Below, in pieces: positions 1 to 8,023 of a stretch of 12,344 bases of DNA (the first letter of the stretch is position 1; each line of letters starts with the position of its first letter). The stretch is taken from contig NZ_JAEDAM010000029.1 of NCBI RefSeq assembly GCF_018420025.1, forward strand, positions 1 to 12,344, given 5' to 3'. Both the position numbers and the translations under genes were made by a program. The notes under the pieces were generated by a model, which was not told the origin of the DNA, did no database searches, and was given only the letters and a program-made list of their open reading frames with translations. The stretch comes from Candidatus Vampirococcus lugosii. GTDB lineage: Bacteria; Patescibacteriota; Gracilibacteria; Absconditabacterales; Absconditicoccaceae.

Positions 1-2040
1 ACAATGTCAAATATCCACTTTACCATTAGACTTAAATACTATTTGAAATCTACTTTCATATTCTTCAGCACCTGCACTATTTCATTGTACTATTGTTCAT
101 TTTCTTGTAAAAGTTTTTTCATGACCAAGTTTAAGAGTAACTGGACTATATTTTCAAGAATTTACTTTAAAACTATTTTGAACATTTTTCCAATCTCAAT
201 CAACTGTAATAGTTTTATTATTTGGATCATATTTTATATTCCAATTATGATGTGTTGCACCTCATTTATAAGTTGTACTTTTTTTCTGCACTTCTAAATT
301 AACTTTTTCTTTCTTATTCCTTTTATTTACATCTTTCTTATCTTCTCAATTTCAATTAGATTTAGGTTTACATTCATAATATCATTGAACTTCTCAACAT
401 TCACAACTATCATGAGGAGGTCAACTAGTTACAGTTCATGATGCTTGCCATATACAATTAACTCCTGTTGTATCTTTTTTATTTGTATTTTTTTTATCTT
501 TTTTATTTCAAGTTATACCACCATCTGGACTAGTTGATTTACCTCAACCTTTTTCATTAATAGTTTCCAAAACCATAATTTCATAATTGATAAGTATCGG
601 TTCTAAGATATTCCAATAACTGAAATCTTTTGCAGCTTTTTTAATTTCACTTAATCCTTCCAATTTTTTTAACAATCATTCAATACCTTCATTTTTAAGT
701 TTTCAGTTTTGTTTAGATAATTCTTCCTCAACAAATGCATTATATACCAATTTATTTGATTCACTCAAATTTCAAACCTTACTATTTAATTCTTTCCTTA
801 AATTAGATAATTTATCTCATAAATTACTATCTCATAAATTACTATTATTTCAATTATTTCATCAATTACTATTATTTCAATCATTTCATTGATTATTATT
901 ATTAGTATAAGTTTTTAGAATATCTCTTAAATTAAACTCACAACTAATATCAGTATAACTATCCCAATTTTTATTAGACAAATTATATACTTCATCACAC
1001 CTTAAAATACAATCTTCTTCAGTTCTAACAGAATCATCATCAAATAATATTTTTGATGATGATTTTATTCTACAATTACGAGGAGGAGATACATTTTCAA
1101 TATCATTTTCATTTCAAGAATCTTTTTTATTCCAAGAACCATCATTTGTTGTAGTTTCTCATTTTCAAGGACAATAGCCATGTACTTTTTCATCACAAAC
1201 AACACATGATTTTAAATCATTATCAAAAATATATCAAAAATCACAAGATTCATGAATTCTTTCTTCTCAAATTTTAGTAAACTCTCAATTATTACAAACA
1301 AAATCTTGTTTTTTATAAGTAAGTCTAACTTCAGGATTATTAGATTTATCAACAATTTTAGTCGCTGTAAATACTGATCAATTAGGTACATTATAATTTT
1401 TACTAACACCTTGATTACTACCAATATCATGACTATTAAGTCAATATCAATCTATACTTGTTGGTCAACATCAATCTTCAATATTTGTAACAAATGAAAA
1501 TCAATCATCAGATATAGTATATCAAAAATCAAATTCAAACTTTATTTTTTCATTTGATGCTCTTTTAAGTTGTCAATCTTTAGTACATTGAAAAACTTTA
1601 GTTTTTATAATAGTTCATCATTTTACTTCAAATTTTTTAACAAGAGTTCTTACATATTCAGGTAATATAACTCTATCAATAACATATCAATCTATATTAG
1701 TACCCTGTGAACAACTATAATTTGTATCATCTCAAGGTAAAGCTATACAAGCATCAAAAGAAGGAGATAAAGTATATCAATTATTACATTCAATAATTTG
1801 TTCTTCTAATTTCCAATCATTCATTGGTGATAAAGTTGCTCTACATGAATACTTTCTTTCTATATTTCAATTTTGTATTTCTTTTTCTAATTTATGATAA
1901 CTTGTCCAAGTTTTATTAATATCTTCAGGTCTAGATTTTGGAAGATCTCAAAATCAAGAAATATTTGTTTCTGGACATTCTGCAAAAGAAAATCATAAAT
2001 ACAAAAACAATCATATAACAAATAAAAATATTTTTTTCAT
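1..2040 (-). CDS. Secreted cysteine-rich protein of unknown function with an N-terminal signal peptide. Partial: the C-terminus lies beyond the left edge of the window (680 codons visible, table 25).
   Basis: ATG at 2040-2038. I read all 680 minus-strand codons down to position 1 and found no TAA or TAG, but about 48 in-frame TGA by hand count. The N-terminus MKKIFLFVIGLFLYLGFSFA/ECPE looks like a classic signal peptide with an AxA-like cleavage site. Many Cys residues follow (for example CSQG, CGPT, CVVCDEKVHGYCPG, SCECGEVQGYYEC), plus a Gly/Asn-rich linker. I recognise no family. Confidence 0.8.
816..890 (-). repeat. Tandem direct repeats inside CDS 1..2040: a perfect 15-bp unit x2, overlapping a 27-bp unit x2. 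They encode a Gly/Asn/Ser-rich low-complexity linker.
   Basis: The plus-strand unit ctcataaattactat occurs at 816-830 and again at 831-845, both perfect. aattactattatttcaatTatttcatC (837-863) is repeated at 864-890 with 2 mismatches. Translated in table 25 this region reads ...NNNNQGNDGNNSNGGNNGNNSNLGDSNLGDK... Confidence 0.85.
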
Positions 2041-2042
2041 AA

Positions 2043-2066
2043 TAAATATATAAATATATAAATATA
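2043..2066. repeat. 8-bp AT microsatellite (taaatata x3 perfect, with a further 1.6 copies at 2073-2085), immediately upstream of the start codon of CDS 1..2040.
   Basis: Read directly: taaatata at 2043-2050, 2051-2058 and 2059-2066. It lies in the 157-bp gap between two minus-strand genes, so within the presumed promoter or 5' UTR. Confidence 0.6.
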
Positions 2067-2197
2067 TAATACTAAATATATAAATTTAATATTATTCTAT
2101 AAGTATAATTATTTTTTTTAAAATTTCAAATCTTTTATTTTATTATAAATATTTGATTAATTGAAAGATTTAGAAATTGTATATTACAAAGATGAGA

Positions 2198-3313
2198 TTA
2201 AAGTCTAATTTTAGTTGTATCCCAAGGTCTTCGTTCAGGATTTTCAATAGCCTTTTCTGTATTTTTAGTATCTGTATATAAATAATTATTATCAAGTAAA
2301 TTTTCAATATAATTAAATTTACGATGTAAAATTAAACTTGTTTCCGCCATTTGTTCAAAAACTCAATAATGATTAATATACATATTAATACTTTCTGCAA
2401 AATCTTCAAAAGGGTTTGTCATAGCATATCAACTTACAAAATCAAGACGAGATTTTCAAGATTTAGTAGTATCTTCTGAAAGCCATGAATATGAATAAAA
2501 ATCTATAGAAGGATCATCCAAATAAAATTTTTTCTTCCCAAATTCTGTAAAATTAGAATCTAATTTTCATCAACTTCATTTAATAACTCATAAATCAATT
2601 ATATGTCATAATTCATGTGTAAAAACTTCCATAAATTCTATTTTATTTGAAATTCATGGTAAATTAATAAGCATAGTATGATGACCTGCATATCATCTTC
2701 TTCAAGTTCATTTTTGATCAATTCTTAAAGACGACATTATATTTGAAATTTTTTCAGAACTATTTAAATATTCATCAATATTATTAATTATATATATAAT
2801 AATAGCTTTGTAATATAATCTTTGTGTATTAGAAAAATCACCTATAAAATGAGTAAAATCACAAACATAAAGATTTAAACTACAAATTCTATTTATATCA
2901 TTTTGAGTATATTTATTTTTTGCAGATGAATGTTCTTGTTTTATTGCTTCATTGAATATATAATATAGAAATCTTTGATTTTTTTGCTTTTCAAGTTCTT
3001 TTTCTTTAATTTTTTCTTGTATATTATTTTTTTCTTGATTTTCTTGTATATTTTCTTTATTTATTTTTTCATCAGATATATTTTTTTCAGAAATTTTTTC
3101 ATCTTGTTTATTATGTATTTCATTATTTATTTTTTTTTCATTTAATATATTTCTTTCAAATTTTTTATTAGTTAATAATTCATCCAAAACTCTATCATGC
3201 CTTTTATCAAAAGTTTTAACTCATACTTCAGGTACATACAAAATAAGTCAGTAAATAAAAACAAAACTTCAAAAAAATATTTTGGAAATAAAAATAAATA
3301 ATTTTGGCAACAT
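2198..3313 (-). CDS. Membrane-anchored zincin-type (HExxH) metallopeptidase, 371 aa, with a Lys/Glu/Asn-rich linker.
   Basis: ATG at 3313, TAA at 2200-2198, and no TAA/TAG in frame (checked triplet by triplet). The N-terminus MLPKLFIFISKIFFGSFVFIYGLILYV is a hydrophobic anchor. The HExxH motif FTHELGHIIDLG sits at 2603-2617, and the Gly in HELGH is a TGA codon. The downstream motif NPFEDFAESINMY resembles the Glu-ligand motif of gluzincin/MtfA-like peptidases. The standard-code ORF 2708..3187 is an internal fragment in the same frame. Confidence 0.8.
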
Positions 3314-3350
3314 AATTTTTTTTTAATTTTTAATATAATAAATTTAAATA

Positions 3351-4541
3351 TTATTTTAATTGTAAAATATCATAAAAGTCAGCATATCAATTTACTGATT
3401 TATACAATCAATCTTCAAATAAATCAATAAATCATATACTCTTTATATATTTATATATATCATCATTAAATTTTTTTTCAAATATCATTTTTGAAATAGT
3501 TTCATCAATTTTTATTATTTCATTTACTGGAACTAATCAATCATATCATTTATCACATTTATCACAAGAATTTTTATTAGCAAAATGTACAATAATATTT
3601 TTATCAATATTAGAAATTTCAAAATCATTTAAATTTATTTCTTTTTTTATACAACAATGATGACATAATTTTTTAACTAATTTTTGATAAATAACAAATT
3701 TTAAACCTGTAGCAATCAAATGATTTTGTATTTGCAATTGTTGAAGTCTACTAATTATTGATAATGCACTATTTGCATGTATGCTTCCAAAAACAATATG
3801 TCCTGTATTTGCTGTTTCTAAACAAATAGATGCAGTATCTTTATCTCTAATCTCTCATACTAATATAATATCTGGATCTTGTCTTAATATTCAATTTAAT
3901 CATTTTTGAAAAGTAAAATTTTCTTTTTTATCATTAGTTTTTCTATTAGTGACTTCAGATTGAATATATCCTGGTATAACATATTCAATCGGATCTTCCA
4001 ATGTAAAAATAGTTTTTTTATTACTATCAAATGTTCATAATATAGAATATAATGTTGTTGTTTTTCAACTTCAAGTACCACCAGCAACTAATACTAATCA
4101 ATTTTCCAAGTTTGAAATTGATTTTAATTTTTCCAAATTTTGTTTAGAAAACAATAAATTATCTATACTTATATGAGTTTGATCAGTAATAAGAATTCTC
4201 ATAACTAGATTCTCACCAAATATAGTTGGCATAGTAGATAATCTTAAATTTAATGAAACTGGTTTTCCTCAAAGATTTAAATTCATAGGTATTTTTCAAT
4301 CTTGAGGAATTCTTGTTTCATTAAAATCTAATCATGAATTGTTTTTCAAAACATTTAATAATTTATAATTTCTTTCATGAGTAATTTTTCAATAAGTTTT
4401 CATAACTCATGCTATTCTAAATCTAATTAATACTTCATTTTTAAATGGAGTTATATGTATATCAGAAGCATTATTTTTTAGTGCTAAAGAAACTATTTTT
4501 CTCAAAAATAAATTTGGATCAAAAGATGTATCTTTTATCAT
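3351..4541 (-). CDS. GspE/PilB/ComGA-family type II secretion / type IV pilus assembly ATPase. Compact form of 396 aa with no long N-terminal domain.
   Basis: ATG at 4541, TAA at 3353-3351, and every codon checked with no TAA/TAG. The Walker A motif LVAGGTGSGKTTTLY is at 4053-4085, and both the 4th and 6th residues of GGTGSGKT are TGA codons. Also present are the Asp/Walker B box RQDPDIILVGEIRD (Gly = TGA), the His box TGHIVFGSIHANSA, and the tetracysteine motif CHHCC...CDKCDKGYDG that is typical of GspE/PilB and absent from PilT. The standard-code ORF 3546..3737 is an in-frame fragment. Confidence 0.93.
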
Positions 4542-4581
4542 TAATTATATATTTTATATTTAAATAAAAATATACTTAAAT

Positions 4582-6351
4582 TTAATTAGATTTTCTATTA
4601 AATTTAAGATCTCATATTTTTATATATTCAGGTAATTTAATTATATTTCAAATTTGCAAATAAGCTCAAGATTCTTTAAAAAATCTTGAATTTAAATTTT
4701 TATTTCATTTATTAAAATCAATAATTTTATTAATTATATTAACAATATCATTATTTTTTTTAAATCAATAATTATTTTTTACAATATTCCATAAAGTATC
4801 TCAACTTTTTACTTTATAATCTATACTAGAAATATTTTCTTCTTCAATATTATTTTCATATACACTATCTTGTCTATCATAAGTTCATAAAGATTCTTGT
4901 GATTTTCATTCAACACTTTTTTCCTCTATATCATTTCTATATGTAGGAGGTGTTATTCTATAGCTAGGTACAGGTCTTTTATATCTACCATATTTACCAT
5001 AAGCAACTATTTCTTGTTCTGTTTTTTTTGCTTCTTTTTCTACTTCTATCTCTTTTTGTGATTTTGATTGAGATTTTTCAGATTTTTCATTTATATTATA
5101 ATCTAAATCTAAATTTTTTAAATAAAAATTTCATTGTTCATCTTTTGTCTTAAGTAAATATCTTCAAGAATTTACTACAACTTCTCAATTTCAAACATCA
5201 GCTCTTCATATTCAGAAATTATTCAACGACATATTTGATAAATCTTGTTTTACTCAAATATAACGAAGTGCTTTTATCAATCAAGAATCAGTTTCAATAC
5301 TATTTCAGATATCAATTTCATTTTCGTCAAAATTTATTTTTCAATTATAAAAAATCATTAATTCTTCATATACAATATCTATCAAATTATTTGTTAAAGT
5401 TATAGCTTGATCAAGATCTCACTTGTTTAATTTTTTGTATATATTTATAAAATCTTTTTTGTAAGAATTATCATTGTAATTTAATTCTAATACTCATAAA
5501 AATAGTTCTAATCTCTTAAATTTTTTACCATATTCTGTAAGATTCCATTCTTCATCAAAAGTATTATTCAAAATATTATCATTATCTACATTTCAAAAAG
5601 TACTAGCAACTAAATAAGTTTCATTAGTAATAATTGCTATATATTCAGAGTATGTAAATACTTCTTTTTCCTCATAAGAAGTATTACTGATATTATCATA
5701 TAATACTAATTTACTAGTAATTTCACTGTCGTTAAATCGTTTTTTATCTTCTTGAGTATGTAATGAATCCATTATTTTATTCAAAATCTCTATATTATAA
5801 AATCATTTTTTTCAAAATCTTGATCAATTTGATTTATTTTCTTGAAAATTTATAATATTTTTAATTTTGGAATATAAACTAATTCTATTTTCTAAATCTA
5901 CTAATGTCATTCATTCAGGCAAATTTAAAATCCATTCTTTAAATTCAGGAAATTTTTCTTTCAAAGAAAGAATTCTATTATTTTCTTTTATTAGATAATC
6001 CAATGAATTTTGATTTATACCCAAATTACTTCTTATATCTCTCAAAGATATTCAAACATTATCAATAATTTGATCAGTTTTATTTTTTTTATAAATTTCT
6101 AATTTTACAATTTCATCAATAAGATCGTAAAAAAATTTTGATAAATGTTCTTCATTTTCTCATAATGAATTTAAAATAAAATTTTTAAATTTTTGAATTT
6201 GACTTTTATTTGTCCAATCTATAGATTCCAAATCATAATTAAAATCGTATATAGACATTATGGGAGTAAAAAAATCTACCCAGTCTACAAATTCTATATT
6301 TTCATTAGATCTTTCATTTTCTTCTATTATATATTCAAAATTTTCTTTCAT
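4582..6351 (-). CDS. 589-aa protein of unknown function with a C-terminal LysM (peptidoglycan-binding) domain. No recognisable signal peptide or TM segment.
   Basis: ATG at 6351 with a TAA two codons upstream; TAA at 4584-4582; all 590 codons checked with no TAA/TAG. The C-terminal sequence YKVKSGDTLWNIVKNNYG...LQIGNIIKLP (about 4630-4822) matches the LysM pattern (x-V-x-x-GDTLW-x-I ... G-x-x-L-x-I/LP). The track ORFs 5593..5784 and 6160..6351 are in-frame fragments. The N-terminal ~500 aa is acidic and Asn-rich, and I recognise no family. Confidence 0.8.
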
Positions 6352-6500
6352 TTTTAAAATAAAAAAATAAATAATATATCTATAATATACATTATTTATT
6401 TTTTGTCAAAAAATCGTGTTTATTTTTGTTTAAACTTATCTTTGTAGAGTAAAATTTCTAAATTCTTGATCTAAACAAGGATTTGCAAGAAAATAAAGAT

Positions 6501-6537
6501 AGATTTGTGTACTACACAAATTTTATAATTTTATTTT
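6501..6537 (+). terminator. Weak AT-rich hairpin followed by a T-run, resembling an intrinsic terminator. T-rich flanks occur on both strands. It has no obvious upstream gene.
   Basis: The stem atttgtgt (6503-6510) pairs with acacaaat (6514-6521) around the loop act, and can be extended by A-T and G.U pairs to 10 bp. It is followed by tttataattttatttt. On the minus strand the same hairpin is followed by ctttattttctt. The stem is AT-rich with a 3-nt loop, so it could arise by chance in this composition. Confidence 0.25.
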
Positions 6538-6680
6538 AAATAATTTAAATATTTTTTCTTGAAGCTCATTTATTTATTTTACTTTATTTATATGTATATT
6601 ATATATTTTAAAGTAAACTTTACTTATACAAAGAAATTGCCTACAGAATCAACAAAATTCACTCTTTTCTTTAATTTAGG

Positions 6681-6714
6681 TGCAGAAGGTTAGCATAAAA
6701 TCTAATCTTCTGCA
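6681..6714 (+). other. A 13-bp stem-loop, the most stable local structure in the 488-bp intergenic region. Possibly a 5' UTR element or part of a small RNA.
   Basis: tgcagaaggttag (6681-6693) pairs with ctaatcttctgca (6702-6714) around the loop cataaaat. There are 12 Watson-Crick pairs plus one position that is G.U in a plus-strand RNA but C/A in a minus-strand RNA, which favours a plus-strand transcript. No U-run follows, so it is not a canonical terminator. It is noticeably more GC-rich than its surroundings. Confidence 0.35.
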
Positions 6715-6839
6715 ATAATAAAAATAAAAAAAGTTTGAAAAGTTAATTAAGAACTAATAAAAATAATAAATAAAAAAGGTGTAATTAGTGGAAATTTATG
6801 AAAAAATATGTAGAAAGGAGGTATTAAAATTAAGTTTAA

Positions 6840-7148
6840 ATGTTTTTAAATTTTAAAATATTAATTTTAATTTATTTTATTGCTTTAATTTTTTTAATTA
6901 TTTTAAGTTTTTTCTTTAATTATATATTAATATTATTAATATTTATTATGTTTATTCCATTTTTAAGAATTTTTTATATCAGAGAATTATTTTATGATTT
7001 TTCTATAAGCTTGTATAATTTTTATAATATTTGATTTTTTGATAATATTGAAAAAGAATTTATTAAAAATAATGAAGAAAAAAATAAAGAAAAAGAAAAA
7101 GTTGATTTTAATTCTGAACTTGATGAATTAAAAAATAAAATAATTTAA
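6840..7148 (+). CDS. Hypothetical small membrane protein, 102 aa, with a hydrophobic N-terminal half and a charged C-terminal tail.
   Basis: ATG at 6840 (preceded in frame by TAA), one internal TGA at 7032-7034, and TAA at 7146-7148. The first ~60 residues are rich in Phe/Ile/Leu, enough for 2 TM helices. The tail reads NIEKEFIKNNEEKNKEKEKVDFNSELDELKNKII. Caveat: T-rich DNA produces this kind of ORF by chance, and I recognise no conserved motif. Confidence 0.45.
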
Positions 7149-7171
7149 TTATTAAAATAATTTTATTGTAG

Positions 7172-7930
7172 TTAATATTTAAATTTTGTACATTTTTCAA
7201 AATTTATTTCTTCAATTCATATTTGTTTTTTTAAATTATTTATTCTAGTTTCTGTCATAGGATGAGTTCCAAAAAATTCTACAAATTTAGGATTTTTAGA
7301 TTGATTTTTTTGAAAAAAATTTAAAACACATCAAGGATTTAGTCATTTTTTTTGTACAAAATTTATTCAATAATTGTCTGCATTAATTTCCATATTTTTA
7401 CTTAATATATTTCACATCATTGAAGTAATTTGAGAAAAATCAAATCAAATATTGTATCAAATATATGAAAAAGTAGTTTGAAATGGAAAATTTGTTGTAA
7501 ACATTCTTAATGGATCCCTGTTTTCTATATGACCTTTTTCATGTCATATTACAAATAAAATTTCTTCTTCATATTTTATTTCTTCCAAAAGTCATTTTGT
7601 AATTGCTATATTTCATCATATACTTGCAAATGCATTAGCATCCTCAATATCCCGTAAATATAAATTGTAAGGAAAATCTTCTAATTTATTTCAAAATATT
7701 TTTTTATCAAATTTTGAAAAATTTTCTTCATTTTTTAATAAATTTCAAAACATTTTTATCTCTTTTTCCAAAGATATATTTGCTATAATTACATAAGAAA
7801 ACATATAAAATCACAAAAATCATACAACAATAAATATTATTAATATAGAAATCATTTTGATTCACCATTTTATATTTGGTCTTGATGGAACTGTTTCATC
7901 TACTTGAATTGGTAAATTTATTTTTTTCAT
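7172..7930 (-). CDS. M48-family zinc metalloprotease (HtpX/BepA/LoiP-like), 252 aa, with an N-terminal membrane anchor.
   Basis: ATG at 7930, TAA at 7174-7172, and all codons checked with no TAA/TAG. The motifs occur in canonical M48 order: NAFASIGGNIAITKGLL (GG = two TGA codons), HExxH as VIGHEKGHIENRD (7529-7543), E-x-x-AD as MEINADNYG, and the C-terminal THPMTETRI. A TM segment ISILIIFIVVGFLGFYMFSYVII lies near the N-terminus. Confidence 0.9.
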
Positions 7931-8023
7931 GTTTTTTTAGATATAATTGATTTTTAAAAAAAAATGATTATCTTTAAACAACTAGTTATTTATTTTTAAT
8001 AAACATTAAACTTAATAAATCTT

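Noticed and set aside
4-297. A 97-aa plus-strand ORF from the track (MSNIHFTIRLKYY...).
   Set aside because: It is antisense to the stop-free 680-codon minus-strand frame. Its composition is Phe/Ile/Ser-rich, as expected from the complement of an A-rich coding strand, and it has no recognisable motif.
1212-1430. A 72-aa minus-strand track ORF. The same reasoning applies to the 63-aa track ORF at 3896..4087.
   Set aside because: Both are out of frame with the long table-25 genes that cover them (offset +1 relative to the starts at 2040 and 4541). The true frames carry the conserved motifs; for example, Walker A overlaps 3896..4087 in another frame.
2990-3196. A highly repetitive-looking A/T stretch (aaaaat, gaaaa and ttttt motifs) that could be mistaken for a non-coding repeat array.
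   Set aside because: It is in frame within the zincin gene and encodes a Lys/Glu/Asn/Ile-rich charged linker (EKKINNEIHNKQDEKISEKNISDEKINKENIQENQEKNNIQEKIKEKELEKQKNQ). It has no regular repeat-spacer periodicity.
6592-6693. A 33-aa plus-strand ORF (MYIIYFKVNFTYTKKLPTESTKFTLFFNLGAEG*) in the long intergenic region.
   Set aside because: It is short, has no motif and no upstream ribosome-binding context, and its stop lies inside the left arm of the 6681-6714 hairpin. It is more likely a chance ORF in AT-rich DNA.
6814-6821. A strong Shine-Dalgarno-like AAAGGAGG upstream of the small ORF at 6840.
   Set aside because: The spacing to the ATG is 18 nt, which is too long. No plausible start codon lies at 5-10 nt, and none of the seven confident genes in the window has an SD motif. 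I therefore treat it as coincidental or of unknown function rather than as evidence for the ORF.
7942-7947. A perfect TATAAT in the 93-bp divergent gap between the M48 protease gene and the bPH-repeat gene.
   Set aside because: It is plausibly a -10 box, but no convincing -35 lies at the right spacing, and TATAAT occurs by chance very often at this AT content. It is not reportable as a feature.
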